Part shown: positions 49,487-60,500 of the stretch, one piece after another
How the letters are laid out: every line of letters starts with the position of its first letter
Position numbering within the stretch: position 1 is the stretch's first letter
Assembly: GCA_051294375.1 (NCBI GenBank)
Contig: JBJCIZ010000028.1
Location: forward strand, 930,437-994,436
Reading direction: 5' to 3'
DNA: 64,000 nucleotides
Source: Paraspadella gotoi
Lineage: Eukaryota > Animalia > Chaetognatha
Position numbers and translations under genes: made by a program
The notes under the pieces: generated by a model
Database searches by the model: none
Told to the model about the DNA's origin: nothing
Seen by the model: only the letters and a program-made list of their open reading frames with translations

Positions 49487-50326
49487 TGCTGACAAGTTGA
49501 GGAAAAGTAGAAGGTTGGCAGAGAGAGAGTGAAAAGAAATCACGGTCATGGGACATGAGTTTAAGTTGGGGCCTCGGATAATGATTAAATTGTGGCAGCA
49601 AGACTTAAAGCTGCCTCACTGCTGTCCGTCCTCAGCCTCGTCTCAATGGCTGAGCAGGCTAAATCATCTCATTCCATCCGTGCGTCCCGGGTTCAATCCC
49701 TGGGTATCCCGGTTCTGGCTTAAATGTGACGGTGCCGGTATAAACATGCCAGTGACAGGAGGCGGTCACTGAGGGTCCGCAGCCCCTACGCCAGTTGGTG
49801 AGATACCCCGCGCCCCGGGTATCACAGGTTATCCTCCCGTTGCCATAAAATATTATTTAAATACATTTTTTATCAATTAATTTTAATTATTACATTCCCC
49901 CCTTTCCAGTCCAAATCCTCACCGAAACCCGAAATCGAGGCTGCCGTCTCCCTCCTCTTGGATCTCAAACGGAAACTGGCCGCCATTTCCGGCGAACCCT
50001 TGAACTCTAAGGAAGACAAAAAGAAAGCTAAATCCGGCGCCGGAAATCTCGTCAAATCTCCGGCGTCGAAACCGGAAGCGTCTCCAGCGGAGCCGACGCC
50101 GACAGACGCCGCCGAAGCTCAACGCCTTTCCCTTCTCGTCCAGGCTCAGGGCGATCTCGTCCGCGGACTCAAGGCGCGCCGGGATCCGGTCGCGGAGAAG
50201 GCGGAGGTCGACGCCGCCGTCGCCGAGTTGCTCGAACTCAAGCGGAAGATGTCGTTGGCGTCGGGGGAGACGGAGAAGCCCGTCGGCGGGGGAGGAAAAA
50301 AGGGGAAGAGGAACGAAAGTATATAA
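43075..50326 (+). CDS. MARS1: Methionyl-tRNA synthetase, cytoplasmic (GST-like N-terminus, two C-terminal WHEP-like repeats)
   Basis: About 15 exons. Motifs [18 protein letters not shown] (HIGH), [22 protein letters not shown]...[51 protein letters not shown] (KMSKS), [12 protein letters not shown], and QG.lVR.LK...aV..LL.LK twice. One frameshift at 47740. Confidence 0.96.
49635..49850 (+). mobile_element. tRNA-headed SINE-like element carrying a twister ribozyme
   Basis: A box TGGCTGAGCAGG at 49647-49658 and B box GGTTCAATCCC at 49690-49700; structured body, 3' hairpin gataccc/gggtatc and AT-rich tail; lies in intron 49452-49909. Confidence 0.7.
49715..49794 (+). ncRNA. Twister ribozyme, type-P5 permutation
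   Basis: P5 CTGGC/GCCAG; P2 ATGT/ACAT; GA-CGG; TAA cleavage motif at 49741-49743; GC-C; P3 AGTGAC/GTCACT; G; P4 AGGG/CCCT; loop TCCGCAGC. Pseudoknots are T1 CCG/CGG and T2 GC/GC. Confidence 0.8.
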
Positions 50327-50349
50327 AAAAAAAGAAAACTTTGTATCGG

Positions 50350-50352
<3 letters not shown>

Positions 50353-50409
<57 letters not shown>
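50353..50409. repeat. (GA)n microsatellite; many similar GA/TC tracts lie in introns (e.g. 30595, 31728, 48826)
   Basis: Directly visible. Confidence 0.95.
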
Positions 50410-50413
<4 letters not shown>

Positions 50414-50689
50414 AACGTTGTGTTAATTGTTTATTTAGAATTTTAGGATAAAAATTTCTTTTTGTTTTTTCGTTGCAGTGATGCGTCCAATGGTTTTTCC
50501 CCCCCCATCTCCCGAGAATTAGTCTAAGTTTTTTTTCTCTTCGTTATTTTTTTTTTTTCAAGTCTCAGATTTTTTTTTATAGTTCAAATGCTTTAGGAGT
50601 AATTATTTTTAGTTACGGTCCTCAATTCCTCATTCCACGCGGCTTGAAAGTTTGAAAGAATTTAAATTATTTATGAATTTTCAGATCTG

Positions 50690-52564
50690 ATGGCTGTGAG
50701 ACGTTCGACGGGAATCGTTTCCCGCCTTTTTTGTGGCTTTCGAAATGAATCTGGATTTAGTATTCGTTTCTTAGAAAAAGCAAAAAATCATTTTTCCATC
50801 TCCGTCGACAGCGGAATTGTCAAAACGCCCGTTAATGTTAACGAAAATGTCAATAAACTTATTCCTGACCTTAACTTGACCTCACCTCCTCCTCATTTCG
50901 ACCTTACCCTTTCTCCGGACGACGATCCTCGATCCATTCTCTCTTTCCTTCCCCTTTTTCGTCCCGACTTTTCTTCTTCCTCGATCGTTCGTCCATTGTC
51001 CGGCAGCGCCACCAACGCCCTCTTCGTCGTCGTCAAAACCGGCGCCTCTCTCGTCGTCCGCATCAACTGTCCCGACACCGTCGTCGACCGGAAACTGGAG
51101 ATCGCCAACTGGCGCCTTCTTGCGCGTCGCGGGTTGGCGCCTTCGCTTGTAGCCACTTTCGATAACGGAGTCGTTTACGAGTTTGTCGAGGGTCGGACGT
51201 TGACGAGGGACGATTTGAAGGATCTTTCAGTCACGCGATCGATCGCCTTCGAGATGGCAAAATTGCACAGAATTCGACCAGAGGTCTCGTTGAAAGTCGA
51301 ATCGGTTTTGTGGTCGTGGATGGACGACTACATCTCGCTCATTCATTCCGATCCGTGTTCGGACGAGATCTCCTCAGCGGAGAGTCGTCTCGCAATTCCC
51401 TCTCCTCAAACCCTTCGTAGAGACGTGGCCGATTTGCGTGGAAGGGTCGAGTCTTTCTCGTCTCCCGATTCCCCCTTCGTTTTTTGTCACAACGACCTCA
51501 ATCTCGACAACGTGGTTTTCCGAGAAATAGATTCGAGGTCGCGATTCATCGATTGGGAATTCGGAGGCTGGAACTGGGCGGCTTTTGACGTCGCTAACCA
51601 TTTTAACGAGTCTTACAGGTTAGGGTGCGCGAGGTGAGAAAAGAGTGGAAAAGATATTATGTGGAAGACGAAGCCGCGAGTGGATCGGATCGAGTGGGTG
51701 GGTGAGACGCCCCGTCCCGCTTTAACTTGTGTGAATATCAGCAGGGCGCGNNNNNNNNNNTGAATCAGCAGGGCGCGAACTCGAGGCTTTTGGTTTGGGA
51801 AGAGCTCGTGACGTTGTGACGTCGCGTTACATCATTTTTTTTGTGAATAGGATTTTTTTCACAGGTTAAAAGTACCTTTATTTTAAAAGTCTTCGAAACA
51901 ACATTAACTTAGGTTTCATATTTTTATTTTATTGAGGGCAGGTTAAGTTATTTTAGGCGATTGAAAACTAAAATTTATATAGCGCCGGAACGAGTTCATG
52001 ACCGCAAAATTTTACATTAATTTACGTGTATGTAGTCCAAGTTACAACAATAAAAAGTCTAATATAAAATTTGACTTTTATTATTTATTATTCATACATC
52101 CCGATTCTCGAACTTCATTCTTCATCATTCTCGTTCCGACGTCATTCCAATTCTCAAGACTCCTGTTGCAGACGGATTTCTCAGAAAAGCTCCGCGCCCA
52201 TGACGACGATGAAAGTTCTTTGACCCTCGTCGCCAAATTGTGTCCTTCGAGAAATGAAAAGTTGGACTGGATTCGTTTTTATCTCAAGTCCCGTCGCTTT
52301 TTCGACTCTTCCAAGTGGTCGGCCGATTCCGAAGGCGACGACGATGTTCTCTCCGAAGCATCGCTCATCTCCTCCCTTCGGGTCTCCGACGAGGATGCGG
52401 AGTCGTTTATGGGAGATGTCGAGCTACTGGACGAGGCGTCCCACTTGTTCTGGAGCCTGTGGGCTTTCTCTCAGTCTCGATCATCGAAAATAGGTGCCTC
52501 GTTCGGGAGGTACGCCGCGTTGAGGTACGGAAGAAGCAAAGCGCTTCGGGATAAGTTTTCGTAA
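50690..52564 (+). CDS. Ethanolamine/choline kinase-like protein, paralogue A (2 exons, N-terminal extension)
   Basis: Exons 50690-51618 and 52159-52564 (phase-2 GT-AG). Motifs LSGSATNALF, TFDNGVVYEFVEG, FCHNDLNLDN (Brenner motif), FIDWEFGGWNWAAFDVANHF, SHLFWSLWA. Confidence 0.88.
51765..51815 (-). mobile_element. tRNA-derived SINE head remnant
   Basis: Minus strand ctcttcccaaaccaaaagcctcgAGTTCGCGCCct; resembles the heads at 2305 and 55555. Confidence 0.45.
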
Positions 52565-53052
52565 AATGTCGTCGCGGAATCACTCGGTAAACGCGTAGTA
52601 CCCAAGGCCTCTGCTATAAAATATTAATCATTAACTCATGATAGCTGGAGGGAGAATCAATTAAATAATTATCAATGACGAAGGATTGAATAATCAAGGA
52701 ATATTTAAATTTATTATTTAAATAAGACATTAATCAATGAATTAAATCCACAAATGTTTATACGCAATTTCGCAAAAGTTTAATCGAGATTCCTGCTTTT
52801 TGCTTTTTGGATTGCAGCTTTTTGGTCAAGATCTCTTTTGGAAGCTTAAAGTGCTGGGCATTCTGACGTATTGTGATTCAATTTCAACCATCTTGATAAT
52901 TAAATCTCTTGCCGCTTATTAAATTAACTTCAGCACAACTCCTCTGTACTTCTCGGTTTAACAAAACGTGGCTCAAGAAACTAAAAAGCTATTTTTCCCA
53001 CTTTTCAATTCATTTAAATTTTTACAGAATTATTTATTAATTTATAAACAAA

Positions 53053-54165
53053 ATGTCTTCAAGTGAGACCAAATGCAATGAGCCTCATTTCAACTTAACC
53101 CTTTCCTCCGATCCCGATTTCGAATCCATCACCAATCTCCTCCGCCTCTTTCCTCTCGACTTCACTTCTCCCTCCACGACCGTCTCCAAATTGTCCGGCG
53201 GCACCAGCAACGCCCTCTTCCGCGTCTCCAACGACGGCGCCTCCGTCGTGGTTCGCGTCAACGGCGAAGACGCCGTCGTCGACAGACAGCGGGAGATCCT
53301 GGACCGGCGCCGATTGACGCGCCACGGAATGACGCCGCCCTTTCTCGCCACTTTCGACAACGGCGTCGTTTACGATTTCGTCGAGGGTCGAACGTTGAAG
53401 AGAGAGGATTTAAGGGACGGAATGATCGCGGGTCTCGTCGCTTTCCAGATGTCGAAGCTGCATTCGATTCGCCCTCGGAAATCTGAGAAAGTGGAATCGG
53501 TTCTCTGGCGATGGATGGAAGATTTCGTGTCTCTGATTCCATCCACGGGTCCAGTCTCGAACGTCATTCCGTCTCGCGAGACTCTGCGGGCCGAAGTCGA
53601 ATCCCTTCGCCGCAGAGCCGAGTCTTTCACCTCCTCCTCATCCTCTCTCGTCTTTTGCCACAACGACATCAGCTGCGACAACTCGATCTTCGACGAGAAG
53701 CTCGCCCAGGTGCGCTTCATCGATTGGGAATTCGGCGGATGGAATCGAGCGGCGTTCGACGTCGCCAATCACTTTACAGAATTCGTCGGCGGGTGGAGCG
53801 ACGAAGGGGAAGGGGAGGGATTCCAGATCGATTTTTCTTTGTGTCCGAATAAAAAGGAAAAGACACAATGGATTCGCTTTTACCTTCGATGCTGTTCCTT
53901 TATGAACTCCTTTAAATCAACTGTGGACGACGAACTCTCTCGACAACCCGTTTTCGATATTGCCGCGATTTCCGCTCAACGAATTTCCGAGGAAGAAGTC
54001 GAGGCGTTTTTAAAGGAGGTGAATGTGATGGAGGAAGCCTCGCATCTCTTTTGGAGTCTTTGGGCTTTGAATCAGGCGAGGGTGTCGAGCATCGGCGTCT
54101 CGTTCGGTAGATACGCCGACTTGCGGTACGAGCAGAGCAAGAAAATCGGGGCAATTAGTGACTGA
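53053..54165 (+). CDS. Ethanolamine/choline kinase-like protein, paralogue B (intronless, 370 aa)
   Basis: Single ORF with LSGGTSNALF, FCHNDISCDN, FIDWEFGGWNRAAFDVANHFTEF and SHLFWSLWAL. Confidence 0.92.
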   Translation: MSSSETKCNEPHFNLTLSSDPDFESITNLLRLFPLDFTSPSTTVSKLSGGTSNALFRVSNDGASVVVRVNGEDAVVDRQREILDRRRLTRHGMTPPFLATFDNGVVYDFVEGRTLKREDLRDGMIAGLVAFQMSKLHSIRPRKSEKVESVLWRWMEDFVSLIPSTGPVSNVIPSRETLRAEVESLRRRAESFTSSSSSLVFCHNDISCDNSIFDEKLAQVRFIDWEFGGWNRAAFDVANHFTEFVGGWSDEGEGEGFQIDFSLCPNKKEKTQWIRFYLRCCSFMNSFKSTVDDELSRQPVFDIAAISAQRISEEEVEAFLKEVNVMEEASHLFWSLWALNQARVSSIGVSFGRYADLRYEQSKKIGAISD

Positions 54166-54502
54166 AAAAATCACTCGCGAGTGAACTGTGATTTTTATCT
54201 GTGATATATCAGTCACAATTATGCCTTTTTCTCCTAGGTGATAAATCAAGAACTCAATCCATTTAACAAATTATTTTTTATTTATAAATTTCTTAAACAA
54301 ATTATGGTTTGTTTTATTTTCTATTCGTTTACAAATCAGGTACAAGAATAAACAATGCGTCGCCAAGGAATGTTCCTATGCGACAGCTCATGTTTAATGT
54401 CCCTTGGACAGTCTCCGCCTCATCAGCTTCCAATCCCTAACGTTTGACATCCCATCCCAACCCCCTATCCATTGGATACTGGATAGTATCCAATCCCCAG
54501 CC

Positions 54503-57500
54503 ATGTCCAACCCCGCCGGACATCGTTTCACCATCCGCGGGGTCGAAGTCGACTTCCCCTGCAAACCTTATCCGTCACAATTTTCCGTCATGGACAAAGT
54601 GATCACTGGACTCAAGAATCGAACCCACAGTCTCCTCGAATCCCCGACGGGCAGCGGGAAATCATTGGCGCTGCTCTGCGCCACGTTGGCGTGGCAGCGT
54701 CATCATCAGCGCCAATTGAATGAGAGTGGTGACGGGGTTTGCTATTGCGTGTGTCACTTTAGAGAGGCCGCTTCGGATGGCGAAGGAACGGAAGTCGAAA
54801 AGAAGGAAAGAGGGAAAAAAGAAAAGCGATCGAGAAAAGATCGAGAGAAAAACGGGGAATCGTCGAAAAGTAGTAGGGATGAAGTCGACGACGATGAGGA
54901 TTTCAAAAAGCCCGTCGTTAAAAAGCTCAGATCGAAAGTGAGAATCGAATACGAGGATGACGACGAGGATGAGGACGACCGTGACAAAAACGACGACCAC
55001 AACTCCCACGACGCCCAAGAGCTCGAGGAAGACGCCGACTCGGAAAAGGAAAACAAACGCGAACCGTGCCATTGCTGCGAAACCCCCGGTCGACCCTTCA
55101 ACTCCACCAAAGTAGTCGACGAAACTCTCGGGGGAAAGAAGAAAGACGCCCAGCAAGACGGTCCGGCCAAGATCTACTACGGATCCCGAACCCACAAGCA
55201 GATCGCCCAGTTGGTCCGAGAGTTGAAGAAGACCGTCTACCGCGGGGCCAAGATGACCATTTTGGCGTCGAGGGATCAGACCTGCGTGGAACCGGATGTG
55301 GTCAAGAGCAAGAACCGGAACGAGGGATGTAACGAGATGTTGAGGAGGAGGAAGAGGGGAGATATGTCGGGTGAGGAAATCGGTTATCGGTGAACGTCGA
55401 AAGCCTGATTGATAAAGTTGGTTTAATGTTTACATCTTAATCAATAATCGTTCTATATTAAGTTATTAAGCAGTCCCTGAGCTTCGGATCAGGCTGTAAC
55501 ACCGTGTTACAGGCGGGCTATGTGCCCTGTCCCTCTTAATTGCAAGACGACCATCGGGCTAGAACCCCGAACCTTTGGGTTGGGAGTTGAATGAACTTGC
55601 CTTCTGCACCAATTACCGCTATGAACAGTATCGCTTGATTACTTGCCAGCTTTTAAAAGTGCTAGGAAATGGTCAATTATGTAGCATTGTTAAATCTTTG
55701 AAAACGTGTTCCACCCTATTTAAACCTATTGTATTTAAATTTATTACTCGTACTTACCATCCCCCCTCAGGCAGCTGCCCCTACTACGAGAACGGGACCC
55801 ACCTGACCCACCGCGTCCTGGCCAAAAGCGGCCTCACCTCCGGCTGGGACTTGGAAGACCTCGTCAAGTTCGGCCGACGCCGCGCCGCCTGCCCCTTCTT
55901 CGGCGCCAAAGCTTTGAGGGAAGAGGCGGAGATCGTCCTCTGTCCCTACAACTACCTCATCGATCCTCTCATCCGCGACTCGTTGGAGATCAACCTCTCC
56001 GGTCACGTGATCATTCTCGACGAGGCCCACAACATGGAGGACACGGCCAGGTTTTGAAGGAGCGGAGGGGTGATGGGGAAAGCTCGGACATTGGATGAAC
56101 GACGAGTGTTCCAGGTCGCCGCATGCTTTTATTCATACTTGACCTTTAGCGGTGAAATCATTGGGCAATGAAATGTCAATGGGAACGTTAGTTTATCGGC
56201 TCCTTTTTCGGTCATGTTAATATACTATATCTTCAAATTTTACAAGTAGCCGTTGGTTAATTGAAGTTTGAACTTCTTCCACTTCCGGAGAAAAAAAAAC
56301 TAAATGGCCATAACATACACTTGAACTTTTTTTTTATTAGATGATAGGTTATTGTTGACTCTGCTTTGTCGCTCGTTTTAAGTCACAATCTAAATAAAAG
56401 TAGTTGAATTGTTATTACTGCAATATGCAAATTATATTAAGAAGTTCATTACGACTTGAATACTTGAATACATAAATAAATATTATTCCGTCTACGGCGA
56501 ATCGAAAATCCAGGAAAATCGAAATTTACAACGCTTTCTTTCTGGAGAAAAATGTGCTCGATTCGCAGCTCGAACCTTCCATCGCGAGCGTTTTCTTTTC
56601 AACCCCCCCCATTCCCCCCCAACCCCTCCAATCCTCCCTTCAGAGAAGCGGCAAGCGCGGAGTTCGGTCTCCCCGATCTCGAAGACGCCCTCGACGATGT
56701 GGCCAAATTCCTTCCGCTCGGGATCCTCGTCGAGGAACACGCCAGGATGCAGCTGCTCTTGAAACAGGTTTGACGGATCCTTCGTTGTCAGAGAGACCTG
56801 AAAAATACAAGTGTCAGGCGACGAGGAATAATAAGAGTGGGGGAAAAGAAGAGACGATACGTTTGTTAGGAGAATATTCCTAAGAAATTGAGCTCGGCCC
56901 AACTTGAATCTTCACTTAAGACCACCGACCTCCCCACCTCAGCTCATCGCCCTCATCCACGAAAACTCGAACAAACTCGAGCAGCGAAGTTGGGATCTCG
57001 AATCCAAAGTCTTAAGCGGCGAAGCGACGATCGAGCAACTCTCCCTCAAAGGCGTCGGCCCTTCAGCTTTTAAAGAGATGAGAAAGAGCATGAGGAAGGT
57101 GGCCAGCGAGAACTCCGATCCCCAAGGCGGGAGTCCGCCATTACTCTCCGGCTCGGAACCGACTTCGGCGCCGCCGCGTCTCCACCACTCCACCGTGGCG
57201 CTTCTCAAGAACGCCGTCATCATCCTCGCCTTTCTCTTTCGGGACGATTGCGTCAACGTCGTCGACTACAAGACCGTCGTCAAACGGGCGCGACGCCGTC
57301 CGAACGCTAGGAGTTTTCGGCGCCGTTCGGGAAACAGCGCGGTGAAGACTGGAGAGTGGTTGTCGACGAGCGCCGCTGGAGGAGGCGGCGGCGGCGGCGG
57401 CGACGACGAAGACTTTGAATACAAGATTCAGTTTCTTTGCTTGAATCCCGCCGTCGCTTTTACCAACATGGCCAGGGGTAAGATAATTTGGTTAATTACT

Positions 57501-60500
57501 TGATACAATAATTTTAAGTTAATAAAAGTTAATCAGAAAATTATTTAACGCTTTATTGCATATTGGATTAATAGATAATTATCTAGAAATGTTTTAAATT
57601 ATTTCTCAACTTTAGGTTTATTAATTTAACGAGAAAAAGATTGATTTTTTTTCACAACGAATAATTATTAGTTTTATTACATACATGTTTCGACTAGCAT
57701 TTCTGTTCTTCATCAGTGTAAATGGCAATTTATGAATTATTATTATTATATTAATTTAAATTTAAAAGGATTTTCTCAGGCGTCCGTTCCATCATCCTCG
57801 CCTCGGGCACCCTCTCTCCCATGGACTCTTTCCAATCCGAACTCGGCCTCAACTTCGACCAGCAACTCGAAGCCAATCACGTGATCAAGGACGGGCAGGT
57901 CTTGGTCTCCACGGTCGGGCAGGCTCCCAGCGGCGTCCCGCTCAAAGCCACCCACCAGAACACGGACGGGCTGGACTTTCAGGACGGACTGGGCGATCTC
58001 GTGCGCCGCATTTGCGAACGGACGGCCCACGGCGTTCTCTGCTTCCTTCCTTCGTATTCCCTGCTCAACAAGCTCCTCAAGCGGTGGAGGCAGACTGGGT
58101 TGGTCGCGGCTTTCGAAGGCGGGAAGAGGGTCTTCGTGGAACCGAGGGGAGGTGAGGGTTTTCGAGAGGGTTAGGGGTGGAGGGGACGATCGGGGATTTT
58201 TAAATTTAAATTATAATCTGTTGAAACGGATCTTTAAAATTGTCAAGAATTATTGGTTGGCTACTATGTCTCGTGTTAAGATAGTTGATGGTCATAAACT
58301 TTTGCCATAGCAAGCGAACCTTGTAACCTTAAAGGACTCGGGTTCCCGCCCTCCTAATGTCACTGTCAGACCCGAAGTTCAGATTACTGTGAACTACGAC
58401 CGGGTGGTTTTCCGTAATGTCCTCCAATATTATTATCTTGTTCAATTTAATAAGTTAATATTGTATTTATTTAAACTAATAATTGTCTTTATCCTTTTCG
58501 TTCGATTCAAAAGGCGACAAGGACGAGTTCGATCGCCTCTTGACTTCCTTCTACTCGACGATCGAATGCACCAACTCCGGTCCCGCCCCCAACGGTCAGG
58601 ACGGCGCCCTGCTCTTCGCCGTCTGTCGGGGAAAAGTCAGCGAGGGGATGGACTTTACCGGTTAGGGTGGAAGTGGAAGAGGGGGGGTTGTGGAGGGTCG
58701 GAGGGAGGTGTTTGAGGGGGATGACGTTTTGTTTAATGTCATAAAATCATAGTAATTTTATACCCGATTCTTTTTGGGTCCCTCGACTTTTCTTCTTTTC
58801 CTAGAAAAAATATTAAATTTAAATAATATACAATTAAACTAATAAAATAATGAATTAATTAACATGGATTAAATCTCCCCCCCCCTCCAAGACAACAACG
58901 CCCGCGCCGTCATCACGGTGGGCATCCCCTTCCCTTCCTTCGTCGACACGGCCGTGATGGAGAAGAAAAAGTACAACAATTTCTTCGCCTCTTCGCGTCG
59001 TCTCTTGTCGGGCGATAAGTGGTACGAGATACAGGCCTATCGCGCCCTCAATCAGGCGTTGGGCCGATGCCTGCGTCACAGGCTCGACTGGGGGGCCTTG
59101 GTTCTCGTCGATTCTCGGTTTAAGGTAAAGAGGGAGTGGATGGTAATGGAGATGTAATGGAGATGGTATTGGAGATGGTAAAGGATTGTGATTGAAACGC
59201 AGAGATTGGGGGGGAACAAATTCTTGAGAGGATTTTATTCTCCAATTTTTTTTTTTCTGAGAGTCTTTTAATTTAATATTCCTTTTCATCTAATAGAGTT
59301 AAGGTTTCTCACAGTAAACTGATATCCATCATTTTAATTATATCGCCAAAACGCAAGATGATCTTTGCAATATGCAAATGAGATTAACGAATTTTTCAAG
59401 GATAATATTGAATGTTAGTACCCCTTATTCAATATTTACAACATTAAATATCTCTGACTAGATGGAAAAGGTTCCAGTCTATCTTTGGAGAAAAATATTT
59501 GATTCATTAAAATGAGCAAAATCTTTTTAATCTCTTCAAAATAATTATACATACATTATTATACAATATACATACATGTATAAGTTTACGAGAACTTTTC
59601 ATTCTCTACTACCCAGGAAAACCCCCAACGCTACATCAGCGGCCTCTCCAAATGGGTCAAGAGCAAAGTCGTCCACTTCGACTCTTGCGTCGACTTTCTC
59701 CGCGAATTGGAATCGTTTCAAACGGCGCGGCGTCGAGAGGCTGCGGCGGCGGCGGCTGAAGCGGGCGGCGCTGCCGCGTCGTCGTCGATGCTGGACGCAA
59801 CGACGACGACGAAGCAAGAGCGACCTCTCCACCCGATGTTCACGACGCCGTCGTCTTCCTCGAGACGCAACGACGCCGCTGCCTCGACTTCCGCATATTT
59901 TCCGACGCCGGAACCGTCGGCCTTCCTCGACGGCGCCAGTCGAGCGGCGTCGGAGGAAGAAGACGACGTGGTGCGGGCTTTCGCGCGAATGAAGGAGGAG
60001 GTGGAGAGAGAGAAGAGAGAGACGGAGAGGGAGAAGAGAGAGACGGAGAGGGAGAAGAGAGAGACGGAGAAGGAGAAGATAGAGACTGAAAAGGAGAGGA
60101 AGGAGAAAGGTCGAAAGGACGAAGAGTTTTTCTTCACCGACAAAAACGGAAAGAGGAGATTCGATTGGAGGGCGAAACGAGCGGCGGTGGTGGCCGGAAA
60201 AGGTGGGGTGGGGTGGGGGGAGCTAAGGTTAAGGCTGGAAAAAACTGAGCGGAAGTTGTTATGCGTCTCTGCTGAGGTTGAGGGAGAGAATAGTGTAAGA
60301 AGATTGGAGGAGGAAGAAGAGGAGGAGAAAAACATAATCGTCATCATCGACGACGACGAAGACAACAACGACGCCGTCGTCGCAGCAGCAGCAGCAGCAA
60401 AAAGCAGCAAGAGTTGCTGCCTCTTGAGCGACGCTACGGAAGCGGCGCCGAACCGATCGAGATCCGAGGGAACTTTGTCCGCCTTCGTCGAGGCGCCGGC

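Noticed and set aside
49640-49710. Possible tRNA gene (also at 55555-55620)
   Set aside because: A and B boxes are present but no acceptor or anticodon stems form a cloverleaf; treated as SINE heads
49760-49830. Resemblance of gtccgcagcccct to the CPEB3 HDV-like ribozyme
   Set aside because: The HDV nested double pseudoknot could not be built; the twister fold accounts for these bases
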